Positions 36,746 to 49,800 of a stretch of 64,000 nt of DNA are shown one piece after another. Made by a program: the position numbers and the translations under genes. This DNA is from Podarcis liolepis (taxonomy: Eukaryota). The notes below the pieces were generated by a model. The model made no database searches, was not told the DNA's origin, and saw only the letters and a program-made list of their open reading frames with translations. Location: assembly GCA_965112155.1 (NCBI GenBank), contig OZ218098.1. One strand, given 5' to 3'. Numbering within the stretch: the stretch's first letter is position 1; every line of letters starts with the position of its first letter.

Positions 36746-37889
36746 TTCTCAACATGCATCTCAACATGCCTTTCTCAACATGCATCAACATGCATCAACT
36801 TTCTCAACATGCATCATTTTATAAACTATCATGTCCGCTTACTCTTAATTTTTTAATTTTTTTTGGTAAATTAATAAGTCCCAAACATCGTAGCCTTTTC
36901 TTGGAAGTGAGTTGCTTCTGCCTCCTGATTATTTTGTTTGTCATTTTCTACACCTTTTCCAGCTCTGTGGTAACCAGAACTGTCAAGAGAATTCCAAGAG
37001 TGATCACGCCATAGATTTGTATAAAGGCAGCAAGAAGGAGTCAACATCACAGGAATAAGTAGATAGAGATCCCATTTTGTTTGCCTTAAACTATGAGATA
37101 TCTGTGTGTTGTAGTTATGGAGTTTTGAATGTTGCCTTGGGTTCACCATGTGAGTAGAAAAATGGTTGAAAAATTGTATAAAATGTTCATATCCAAAGTG
37201 GTTGCACTCTACTGTTCATACCAGCCCAGTACAATTTTGTCCAAGTGCATTCAGTGAAGCTTACTTCCAGAGAAATGTGTACAGGCTTGTAGCATTGCAC
37301 TGCATTAGTACGTTTGTTTACTCATAAATAAGCCATTTACTAAGGGTTTAAAGGATTGCAACCCTATAGTCCAATGAGAGTGAAGATACATGTTGCAGCT
37401 GAATGCAAAATAGAAACAAAAGGTTTTTCTCATGAAGAATTCTATTGAATTCAAAACATGTTGGTCATTTTTGGTCTCAATAAGCCTTGTATACGCCTAT
37501 AGAAATCTTTGCTAATTTACACGTTTGGATGTTCATCTTTATTGAACCTACGTGACTTTATTGGCCACACATTTATTCAGTATCATGCTCATATTAGCAT
37601 ATGCATTGGCATCTTTGTTTAATACCCAACACATGTACTTTATGTATAGCATCTGTTTCTATTAATGTGTTAATGTAACATAATCACTTATGCTCAACTA
37701 ATCTTATATTATTGATGAATAGTTTGAAGATTTCCATTTATACATATATATCATAGTTTCAGGCACTTTAGTTCAAAGTACAATTATTCTGGGAGTGTGT
37801 GCTCTACACCAGTGTGTTTGGGAACTGGTGTATAGGAAGGGCAATCACAAAGGAGATTCTGACTAAACATCCGGAAGAACTTGAAGACA

Positions 37890-38060
37890 GAAAGAGCTGT
37901 TTGTGGCAGAGACTCCCACAAGAGGTGATGGACCTCTCCTTCCTTGAAGGTTTAAGTAGAGATTGGATGGCCACCTGTCATGTATGACCCAGTTCAGATT
38001 CCTAAATTGTGGGTGTTTGGACTAGATGACCCTTGAGGTCCCCTCTAACTACAATTCTAT
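37890..38060 (+). mobile_element. CR1 LINE 3' end fragment
   Basis: gactcccacaagaggtgatggac...ggactagatgacccttgaggtccctctaactacaattctat; similar tails near 8442-8510 and 55850-55980. Confidence 0.7.
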
Positions 38061-38449
38061 AGTCCATTTTATCTGTTCCCTTTTAGTGCAACTTGTATTG
38101 TGACTGCAGACCGTGCCTGACATCCTCTTCATCCTTCATCAGATTGTTATATAGCGCAATCACTTTCAGGTTCCAGTTCAACTCTACGAGTTTTCTGCCA
38201 GTAGAACACCCAGTGCCAAAGCCAAGTTTAACGGACCAACTTCACTCATAGCTATACGGAAGTCCTGCTAGCAATTGGACAGAAGTTCACCGTCCATCAA
38301 AAAGATGGAACCGGGAGAACAGGTTCGAAGCGCTTTCTGTTAACAACTCCTGCAGCCCTTGGGATCCCAAGTTTTTGCGGCTAAACTGAAATTCTAAAGA
38401 TAACCAGAAGGAAGCCTCGCTTTGGGAATAAACCAGAGGGGAGTTTTAT

Positions 38450-39000
38450 GGGGCTCTGTTGCAACCTCCTCCTTGCTCCCTTAGCCAAACTGAACTCCCA
38501 GGTGCGCCGCAGTCAACCCTAATATTCCATAAAGGCGAAGAGCTTACATCTACACGAATTTCCACCCCTACCCGATAATCTCTCTTTATCCCTCCGCGTT
38601 ACACAACACGTTATGCCACATCACACCCATCCATGCATTCTCCTCCTCCTTCTCTGAAACCTCACTCTGTCGCCGCGGCTTGTCACAATTACGAGCCCAG
38701 GGATTGTTGAAACTACATCTCCCGGGATGCTGTGCAAGTCGGCTCAACTTCTCTCCGCAGTGCATGTTGGGACATGTAGTTCTGTCCCCGCTCCGAACGC
38801 GTTGAAGCGCCGCCCCCTGAGCACTACGATTCCCACAATGCACCCGGCCTTTCCCCCCTCGACCGCTCACCTTCCTGTCTTAGAAAAAAAAATAACCCTG
38901 AAGTTCCCTGCGATCAGCTGATCAAGACTGACAACAAGGGGAGAAGGAGAAGAGCTTTGGACTGGCCCCGATCCCTCCTAGGGGGTCCCAGGTCTACATG
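38450..39000 (+). promoter_or_regulatory. ZFYVE1 promoter (weak CpG island with three ZNF143/SBS motifs)
   Basis: ACTACATCTCCCGGGATGC 38712-38730; ACTACATGTCCCAACATGC on minus strand 38762-38780; ACTACGATTCCCACAATGC 38823-38841; local CpG enrichment. Confidence 0.75.
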
Positions 39001-40075
39001 GTGGGGCTCAGGCACTGTGGGAGTTAAGCCCTAACCCTGCGGGGGAGAGGAAGGATCTGCCCACAGCTCGATCCTTGAAGCTCAGAGGAGGAGGAGGAGG
39101 AGACTGTGATCTGATTACTTAGTCACTAAGACTTCCAGGGAGGAAGAGGAGGAGGAAGGTGCCTACTGTTTTTGTAAACAATAGATCGGGATGTTGGGGG
39201 GATATTTTACTCCTAGGCAGACCCTGTCATTCCGTTTATTCTGTTTCCTCCCCACCCCGTTGTTGTTTATGAGAAGATCTACTAGTTTAAAAGAAATGTT
39301 TAGTATATAGCAATATTTTCCTATTGTGATTTAAAGTAACCTTAAGTAAGCAGCTCGTTAGGTATATGTTTTGCCCTTTTTTTAGGCAATATGGGCAGAT
39401 AAAAATTTATTGTGCTTTAAGGCAAAAGGTCCTGTTTTGGAAGCAAATAAGTTACAAATGTAAACAGATGGAATGGTCTTACTGTAACACCCCTACCCTC
39501 CCTTCCACCCCGTTTGCTGGCTTAAACATTGCTTGACTTACGTTTTTAATTTGTTATTGTCCTAATTTAAGGTAAGTAGATACTCACCACTGGGGAAAAA
39601 TAAAAACCCAGATTGTAGGGTTTAAAAATATGTGGCGCTTTGATGTGGCTCGCCCTGGTCAGAATTGTTTCCGTGCTTCCTAAGGCTGTAATCCTATATA
39701 CTGCCACCAGACTTAAGTCAGACTTATTTCTGAGTGAAAATACATAGAATTGGGGCCTATGCCACTTATTTTTTATAAAGGCCCTTCTGCTTATTTTGTG
39801 TGATGAACTTTAGTTCGTTCAGATGTAATTGCAGCTGAAATAGAGATCTTGTCTGAGATAGCATTGCTGTGAGCAGACAAATACATTCCTTGTTTTGCAA
39901 AAAACATAGATCCAGAAAATGTCCACAAGTGCTTTGCATTGTTCAGGAGGAGTTGAATTGTGGCAGGAAAGCACAAGGTTTACTAATATTGTCTGAATTT
40001 TCTGTTGATTTTTTTTTTTAATTTAAAACCACTGATGTTATCTTTATAAATCTTTTTCCTATTATTTTTTTTCAG

Positions 40076-40397
40076 GCCTTTCAGGGAAAAGATCTGGCTT
40101 GCATTTTAGAAACATATCCTTGTTTTGCTTACACATATCTAACCTCAGTGTGACTTTTAAGCCCATAATTCATTTGGGCCTGTCCTTAATTGTGGAAAGC
40201 TGCAGTGTTTACATTGGCTTTGCATATGATGATACCATTATAGACGAGAGAAAATCAAGACGGAGACATTCTTTAATAGAAATATCAACATATGCAGAGT
40301 TTCCTCAATGTTAAGATAAATACAAATTCTAATCCTTTGGAAAACCAATGTACATATCTGTTAAAAAATTGTAAAGCTAACAGTAAAATTTCTGAAA
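40076..40397 (+). other. ZFYVE1: ZFYVE1 5' UTR portion of first coding exon
   Basis: Strong acceptor ttttttttcag| ending at 40075, upstream of ATG 40398; candidate upstream donor AAG|gtaagt at 39571/39572. Confidence 0.65.
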
Positions 40398-40889
40398 ATG
40401 AGTGCCCAGCCTCCAACAGCAGATAAGGGACTGAATACTGCCCTTTTGTGCCAGGAAAGCTATGCTTGCAGTGGCACAGATGAAGCAACCTTTGAGTGCG
40501 ATGAGTGTGGAAGCCTGCAGTGCCAGCGGTGTGAAGAAGAACTACACAGGCAGGAAAGGCTACGAAACCATGAACGGACCCGAATTAAAGCCGGCCATGT
40601 CCCATACTGTGACACCTGCAAGGTTGCCAGTGGGAATATCATGCAGAGCAATATCATAAACTCCAGACAGAGGGCAGCAATAAGATGCCAAGCATGCAAA
40701 ATTAACCTCTGTGTAGAGTGTCAGAAGAGGACTCATGCGGGTGGAAACAAGAGGAAGCACCCCATTACTGTTTACCATGGCAACAAATCTCACGAGGAGG
40801 AGGAGGGGATGGATGAGGAGACCAAGAGGAAGAAGATGACAGAAAACGTTGTAAGCTTCCTGTTGGTAGATGAAACAGAGGAGATCCAG
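40398..40889 (+). CDS. ZFYVE1: ZFYVE1 coding exon 1 (Cys-rich zinc-binding region)
   Basis: MSAQPPTADKGLN...VSFLLVDETEEIQ|gtaaga. Confidence 0.95.
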
Positions 40890-43800
40890 GTAAGAAATGT
40901 TGTGAATTTTGAAAGGCAGACATAATGAAATAGTCCACATACTGTGCTAATAATAAAAGTTATCAACCATCTACAACAATAACATATACTACAAATCACC
41001 CGTAAAACATCCATTTTCAAGCTCCATAGATGAAAAGCAACTTCTACATTTCTTAAACAGATTCCAACTTGAATTATATAATGCAATTGTTTTTTCTAGG
41101 TAGCTGTGTGCTGCAGTTCTTCTAACTTAAAAGTATTTTCTTTTATAGAAAAATTATTGCCTATAAGGTACATTAGTTCCCTGCTTTATCTGAGGGACTC
41201 AAGGCAGCATCATATTGGGGGGAATAAACCCAAAGATATAGTATAGGATTATTCATTGTGACTTTTCAACTTGACAGTTGTGGCGTGAATACTTTCTTAA
41301 GTGGGCAAGATGCACAGTAAGTAGCTAACATTACAGCCTCAATGCAGTCTTTAAAGAAATTTTTTTGAGAGCCTCTACATATGTGGCTTACATTTAAATC
41401 TGTCTCTCTCTCTCTCTCTCCCTCCCTCCTATATGTAGCGCATATAACAAGTATTAGCAATAGCAAAATCAGTTTCCCCTTCTTCCTCCGCCCACCCACT
41501 TTCCCTCCCACTCCTCAACTTGCAAACTTTAACAAAGCCACTTGGTTCAAATACATACAAATGAGGTCATGGTCAAAGTCACTTAAATCTGTCCTAACAG
41601 AGAAACTCTTCTGTAGTTTGTAGCATACACTGAAGTCAGGAAGCAATGGCTTCTTTGCTATGATGTCACAGTAGGCAGAGGCATCATAAGTCTTCTTGCT
41701 GCCACTGGGTTAACTGCTCTGATGTCACAGAAGGAACCTTTGGTCTGGCCGCTAGAGGAGTTGACATCTTAGAATTTGAATTCCAAAGTCCACAAGCAGC
41801 TTTGAACTGCATAAGTATGACCAATGCAAGTTGGTTAAGATGTAAACAGACAGATACTTGCTGACAGGGGCGCGGACTTATAAAAAATATTGGGGGGGCC
41901 CAGGAAAGCTCATGAATAATAAATAAGCTCATGAATATGCAGATAAAGTGGCGCCGCCTCCTCGTGAGCGAATAGGGGAGAGCGTGCTGCGCCTATTAAT
42001 CAGCTCCGAAGGAAATTGGGTGGAGCTTTTGCTCGGGAGGGAGGGCAGGAGGCATGCAGCCCGACCCTGTGCATTTTGGGCTGGGGGAGGGTCGGCGGCA
42101 GCGCTCTGCTGGAGGGGCGCCCGAGATTATTGGGGGGGCGGAGCCCCCCCAAACGAATTTTTGAGGGGGCTCGGGCCCCCTCAGGCCCCATGGAGTCGGC
42201 GCCTATGCTTGCTGATTTGTTGGATGTCAGAATTGAACCTTCATTCCAATTTCTTTTGTAACGGTGCCTACATAATAGTTCTGTTTTTCTGCACTGTGTC
42301 TTGCATAGTCTGTTCAGGTTTGAGAGTGCTGTTTGCTGGACCTCAAGACTATCATGGCAGTTAATCATCATACTTACAGTGTTCTTAGTTTTGCAATCCA
42401 TTGAAAGAGTTAACCTACTGGGTATAAGGAAATTAAAGGGAGGCTGAGATTGAGCAGATAAGTAAAGAGCTTCAAAGAGAATGATGAGTTCCTGTAGAGT
42501 CTTGCCAAAATCAAACTCTCAGCTGTAATATGCCTTTAAGGTTAAGGAAGCTTACTGTTGCCTTCGTGTTTGTGTTTGCACAACAAATGGGAACCCAAAT
42601 TATATCCAAATAGTCCACATACTGTGCTAATAATAAAAGTTATCAACCATCTACAACAATAACATATACTACAAATCACCCGTAAAACATCAATTTTCAA
42701 GCTCCATAGATGAAAAACAACTTCTACATTTCTTAAACGGATTCCAACTTGAATTATATAATGCAATTGTTTTTCCTAGGTAGCTGTGTGCTGCAGTTCT
42801 TCTAACTTAAAAGTATTTTCTTTTATAGAAAAATTATTGCCTATAAGGTACATTAGTTCCCAGCTTTATCACATTAAAAGAACAACAACAACAACTCATA
42901 TTTATTGGTTTCTAAATGTGCTTCAGTAGTTAGAACAAAACAAGCTGTCTGAAATACTACTGTAACATTATTGGCCTAAGGAAACTCTCCTAATATTACT
43001 TCTCTGTTTTGTCAGCTGGACAACCTTCACTCCTTTGACAGGACAATGACATACTTCTTCCATACACATTTTAAATAACATAAATGCCCATCAAAATATA
43101 TCCAAAGTGGGAAGGCGTAGTATAACATTGACCTTATTACGGAAATGTTGTGAAATCAAATCTTTAATTTAAACCATTGGGAGAAACTGTCTTTAATGTA
43201 TCAATTCAATATGACTCTTGCTGAGTAATATTGCTGAGGATTTGAAATTTTTGTTCAGTTGCCAAAAACTTCAAATGCTACGGTGTATGGTTGTATACCA
43301 TGAAATATGGAAGTAATAAAGTTTCAGTTGTTCTAGTTCTGATCTTACTGCTCAATGATCCATAATTCCAAAATTCCACTTTTTTTGTTGTTTCTCCATA
43401 TACACGTGGACAAGGATATGCAATCACATAGATCACATGTGTGGAGTGACATGTAATGAAATCCCTTAAAACAAAAGCTTTACCATCTTTAGGATTAAAA
43501 AATTGTTTTGTTTGTACAGGTTGTACAGATCTGGAATATTAACTTTGTTAAAATGTCCTTTAGTAATAAAGGGTTTCATGTGGTAAAGTGTAACTGAATA
43601 TACTATTTTTTCCTTCACATTTAAAGATCCAATATCCTACAACAGGCAAATCCTGGAGTATCTTATATTAAGTATCCGTGTTTCAGTACAATATGTCTAA
43701 TAGGGAAAGGTATTCTGTTACATTTCATATACCTGAAAAGGTTTTCCCCCCTGCTTTTGAACTGACCTCTTATCCTACAATAGCTCATACTCAATATTTA

Positions 43801-46800
43801 GCCTTCTTTATACCCTCTTGATGAAAATCTCTTTGTTTCAAATCGTGTGTCTGTGTCCCTTTATTCAAAATATTGGACAATTATATTTCAGTCTTAGAAA
43901 TTGTCCAAATGGCAGTGATACATGTGGAATGATTCCTGTTTTAATATATAATACGATGTTATTGTCGCTTGTACTGTATTTTTTACACAAATTTGTCAGT
44001 GTTATTTATAAGTAAAAAATTATATCTATTAAAAATCCATGTGCACTAGTGATATAAGGATCAACTGTGTTCATCCAGGTAAGAAATTCCCAAACACCAC
44101 TATTTAAACCCACACTGATATATATCATCAGTGATATATATCAGTGATATATGCCATGCAGTGTACATGTGGATTTTTCTCTTTGTACAAAATTGTGGTT
44201 GTTTCTAAGTGGGACATATATTTATAACATTGCTCATCAGAATTTGGGTGTTTTGGAATTTCTTACTTGGCTGAACAGGGTTGATTCCTGCATCAAATTC
44301 ACTATGGATTCACCACATGTACCATTTTTGGACATTTATGTCCAATGCTTTCTAACAAACAAATCTGACTGACTGACTGACTGACTGACTGACTAGGTGG
44401 GGCTGAGAATGCCCCCTGTCTGGCACCCTGGAGGGCTGTTCAAGCCAAACAATAGAGGGACCAAATAATCAGACTAGGTATAAGGCCACTTCCTAAGTAA
44501 GGCATCCACTGTCAGTTTCCATACTTAGTGATAAGGGAATAACTTTCCCCTTATCCATCTATACTGTTTCTATTGTATAGTCAAATGCTAGTGACTGACA
44601 CTGAGGTAAAGCTTTCTCTGTTACAGAGATAAGGAAAAGTGTAACTGGGTGGGGTTCTGGGTATGAGGTTGCTATTGCAGGCAGAAGAAGAGCACAAGTG
44701 AAATAAAATGGCAGCCCTAACAACAGTGTGAAAGCTTACAGGCTTGTAAAATGCGTTGTAACTTCTGTTCTCTTCTTAGGCAAGTCTAGAGATGGGAAGG
44801 CCTGGAAAAAACCCGGAAAACTGGGGGGAAACCAGTCCCCCCCTTTTTTCACCCCCCCAAGCTGTTTTTTCCCTGTTTGGGAAAAAAACGAAAAAAACCC
44901 CTGGTTTTTCTCCCAATTTTCCGCTTTTTTCCCAGGCCTTCCCATCTCTAGACGGTGGTAAGGTTCCTCATCTACAGGTCAGATTGAAAATAACCCATTT
45001 ATAAACTGGTGCAGTTCCACTGACTTTGAATAGACTCCTTAGGAGCAAGGGTGTCATATCTCATGGGCAGCAAGCAGTTATGAATATCCTTTTAGAGAAA
45101 GCTTTTAAAAAATGATTTACCTATTAACTTTGACTTTATTGTGGGGTGCTGTTTTTAGCTCTTTTATAGCTTGACTGTCATGCTGTCTTGGATTTTCTTT
45201 TTTTATTACTGTTTTATATCTTTTTAAAGTTGAAAGTTCTTTTGAAAGAGTTATCTCTCTGATGCAACTACAAAAGTTGTTGAATTAACAACACAACCCT
45301 GTACTCGGAAGTGAATCTCACTCTGTTCAACAGGGCATACTCCCAAGAAGGTTTTTATAGGATTCAGCCTCAGTTTTCTATCTCATTTGTCCTTGTTTCT
45401 AGCTGTTTCATCAGCAATGGGTGGGTGGATGGAGCTGTTTTCTAATGCCATAGATGTCAAGGTTGTATTTGACTTAAGTGAGGACAAACCTTCCTGTGGC
45501 TTGGCTTTAAGGCCTTCAGTTATGGCTTAGCAGCACATCTGTTCTCTTTTCTAATACAGTGGTGCCTCGCAAGACGAAATTAATCCGTTCCACGAGTCTC
45601 TTCGTCTAGCGGTTTTTTCGTCTTGCGAAGCAACCCTATTAGCGGCTTAGTGGATTAGCGCTATTAGCGGTTTAGCGGCTATTAAAGGCTTAGCGGCTAT
45701 TAAAGGCTTAGCGGCTATTAAAGGCTTAGCGGATTAGCGGCTAAAAGGCTATTAGCGGCTTAGCAGCTTAGAAAAAGGGGGGGAGCGGGAAAAAATCGGA
45801 ACACTTGCAAGACGTTTTCGTCTTGCAAAGCAAGCCCATAGGGAAAATCGTCTTGTGAAGCAGCTCAAAAACGGAAAAGCCTTTCGTCTAGCGGGTTTTC
45901 CATCTTGCGGGGCACCACTGTAAACATAATGGTGACATTGAAAGTGGATCCCTGACAATTAAGGTTGCCGATTTGCAACCTGGAGAGTCTGCTTCTCTAA
46001 CAGCCTCAAAGAAGTAGAAGAGAATTCAGGTGTGGCTTCTCCCTCAAAATATCTACCTTCATTTAAATAGTGTACATTGTGGAAAATTGCTGTACCATTT
46101 TTAAAGGCTGCAAGACAAGCAGAAACTTTTCCTCTCGCTTCAGCTGTATGCCAGGAAAAGCCTCGTCCGCTAAATTTTGCTTATCACACAGTTGTTAGAT
46201 GTAGAGGAGTCCTGCTAAGGAGAAGAAAGATGGTACAATTTATGTGATATATGCTTTAAATTATATGTATAATTTCATATCTCATTGACAAAGTCAAATT
46301 GATGCTGCGGTTGGACAAGAAAATACATGACATCCATTCATATATGACCCCCCCCCCAAATAGTTCATAGTTTTAGTTCACATTTTCATTGGCTCACTCC
46401 ATACTGGAAAAATGTATGTCAGTTGTATGTAATTAAAGTGGCAAAGAATCTATGATTGGATCATATTTTTTCCTGGAGGTAAGATAACAGCATAGTTCAA
46501 CTACGCTCAAATATAATAACAGAATGTTTTCTAGATGCTAATAATTTTAAAATAGAGTAAGAGTAAAGGGATAAATCCTTGCACAATCATTTAAGTTTTT
46601 TGCCCCTCTTGCTAAGATGCGACATCCTTAGGCAGGAATGTAAATATTCCTGTGTGGGCTAGCTATGTTACCGTCCATTCCTTGCCTAAACAAAAATGTC
46701 TTTAGCAGGCACCAGTATCTCAGAGTGTTACTGGCTAAAAGAATGTCACTTGCAGTTACAAGTCATGTCCCAGAAGCAGGACTGTTTCAGCAGTGGGTTC

Positions 46801-49800
46801 TTTCCATTAAAAAGTTCTAACGCAATCTTTCTCTTCTTGTCTTGGAAGGTGGCAAACGAAGACGAATTTATCAGGAAACTGGACTGCAAACCTGATCAGC
46901 ACGTAAAGGTGGTGTCTATTTTTGGGAACACTGGGGATGGCAAGTCTCATACCCTTAACCACACTTTCTTCTACGGCCGTGAGGTTTTTAAAACATCTCC
47001 CGCTCAGGAGTCTTGTACGGTAGGGGTTTGGGCAGCCTATGACCCTGTCCACAAAATGGTGGTGATTGACACAGAGGGTCTTCTGGGGGCCACTGTCAAC
47101 CTGAGTCAGAGGACCCGGCTGCTTCTGAAGGTCTTGGCTATTTCGGACCTTATCATCTACCGTACTCATGCTGACAGACTTCACAACGATCTCTTCAAAT
47201 TTCTTGGAGATGCCTCAGAGGCCTACCTAAAACACTTCACCAAAGAACTGAAGGCAACCACAGCCCGTTGTGGCCTGGATGTTCCCTTGTCCACTTTGGG
47301 CCCTGGAGTCATTATCTTCCATGAGACTGTATACACACAGTTACTAGGTGCTGGTGAGTAGACGCACGTTGGTTGCTGCAATGTCAATCACTTGGGATGG
47401 ATCTGTATCATAACACAGCCAGAGTTGGGTGTTGCTACGTGGAAGATTTGGGGACTGAATCCTGACTTAGCTCACTATCTAGAATATAGAAGGTGGGAGT
47501 TAATGTGCTGGGAGTTTGCATCTGGCAAATAGCAAAGCATAAGCCAGTTAGCTTGGATTATGTGTATTTTGTGTGACTATGACTTTTGGGATCACATTTC
47601 ATCGTCCTTTTTTTAAAAGCAAGGAGAAGAAGGAAGTTTCTAGATAGCCTAGCTGTAAAGCTAGGGTTGAAAGCATGTGTATACCACCTGTTGAAATCTC
47701 AGAAACTAGAGGCAGGGTTGACCAGAATTTCCAGTGGCAGGAAGCATGGCTTCATTGTCTTCCATAGTTTTTCCCTTGATACCTAACAGAAGCAGACTAA
47801 ATTATGCAATAGATGCAAATCCTGCTTGCATATTATAGAGTACTTTTATACATATTTTAAAAAATAAAAAGCTTGGCAGTATGTACGTCCCGGGTATCAG
47901 CCCCTCACTAAAAGGAAAGGAATTCCCTGTGGACTGACTTTGCTGAGCATTACCAGTAGCTCTGGAGAACACCAGTGAAACAACCGAAAAACTGACAAAG
48001 ATGCAGAAACTATTTTGTTTTATTTAAGATGTTTTAAAAATCTGCCTTTCAATAAGATGCTTCAGAGCTTTGAAGCAACAATATAATCAACAACAACAAA
48101 ATGTAAATTAATAAAACAAGCAGTAAACAGTAAAGACAGCCAAATAAGCATTTTAAAGAGCAGTGGTAAGTGGTCCAGCTGGTATATTCAGCAGCTGAGA
48201 TCTGATCTGAATGAAAGGAGTTTCAAGAACATGTTCCTGGAACTTTCTTGCAGGAGATGATTCTGCCATCTCTGGAGTATAATGAAGTATAATGTCATTG
48301 CCACTGATTTCACAGAAATAGGTAGAGTAGTAAAAAAAAAACAACCACCAAAAAAACTCCGCCACCACTTGTGCACACAAGAAAACAAGCGGTATTATAT
48401 AAATTAAAAATCCCTTGTTTATAGACCATGGTAGTACAAGTAGTTTATGCTGTTGGAGGAGGAGGCTTTCATCAGTTGCACCTTGCAGTAGATACACTTT
48501 TAAAAAAATAATGTGACCCCATCAGTAGGCCATCAATACAAGTGAAGGCAATAGCACTAAAATTGCAGAAATTTAATTGCAGACCTGCATCTAAATAATG
48601 ATGTAATATTGATGGTAAGGTTTCCTATAAAGGGCTTCTTCTTCTTATTCCCCATTTCTTTCCTCTAATAATCTATTTAGGTTAACAATTTGTAAGCTAC
48701 TTTTTTTAAGGTATGTGCTGGCAGCATGGAGTTGGATCCAGTGATCCTGTCATCTGCTAATAGAAAAGGGCAGCTGGTTTTTTTACCAGCCTCCCCCCTT
48801 CCCTCTAATCTACTCCAGAACAGCATAGGTGACAGGGCGGTGGTGGTGGTGGTGGGACTGCAGGGATTGGAAGAAATTGCCCCTCCACCGGATTGAAGGC
48901 CCTTGTGTTCACAGAAATGTTGTTTCTGGGAAAGAAAGGTAACCTTTGGGTCCAGCCTATGCTTTGCTCTAGGTGTTTCCTATTATTTAGGAGAGAATTT
49001 GTTGTTTTGATCAAGAATGCACATGCAAATACGTGTAAATACGTATGTAAAAAAAATGTAACTATGTGTGCAAACCTCACGATAATATAGCTAAAGTGAT
49101 TGAATCTTTTAGATCACCCTTCTGAGGTGCCTGAGAAGCTTGTCCAGGATCGGTTCCGGAAACTTGGGCTCTTCCCTGAAGCCTTCAGCTCGATCCATTA
49201 CAAAGGAACAAGGACACATAACCCCCCAACGGATTTCTCTGGGCTCAGGCATGCCGTGGAGCAGCAGCTAGAAAATAATACGACCCGTTCTCCCCGGCCT
49301 CCTGGAGTTATCTACAAGGCACTCAAAGTAAGTGTAAGATGGTGAATTACTGTTCCTCTATACAAAGACCACAGATTCCGTCGTCACAGCCAGCAGCTCT
49401 GGGGGCAGGTGGCTATATTTCAAATTGCAAATTCCTCCAGTTTCATTCGTGGAGGGTTGGACTTTGATTGCCATCAGGTCCCTTAGAAATCAAAGTCCAA
49501 CCCCCGTCCCAAAGCAGGGTCACCCGCACTCCTCCTATCCATGGAGCAACTCCCATAATATAAAGCAAACAGCAAAGAATGAGAGTTGACCAGAGTAGAC
49601 AGTGTATCAGAGCTCCTGAAGAGTAGGCAGACCCAGAACAGTACGGCAAGTGAGCCATGCCAAGAGAAAATGGACACCCCGCCTCCAGTTAGGCTGACAC
49701 CGAGGGAAATTGAGGACATTGGCAGGCTTACAACTAACACTGAGGTCTGATTTGTACTTCCTGACTATTCCAGTTGCCCAGGGCATATCAGCTTCTGTGA

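Noticed and set aside
41948-42401. 81-138 aa ORFs
   Set aside because: They overlap a GC-rich hAT MITE bounded by an 8-bp TSD.
44112-44152. Short inverted/tandem cactgatata / tcagtgatatata repeats
   Set aside because: A small AT-rich slippage product with no evidence of function.
45636-45771. Repeat array as a possible CRISPR or interstitial telomere
   Set aside because: Eukaryotic context, no unique spacers, and the unit is TTAGCGG rather than TTAGGG; it lies within a MITE.
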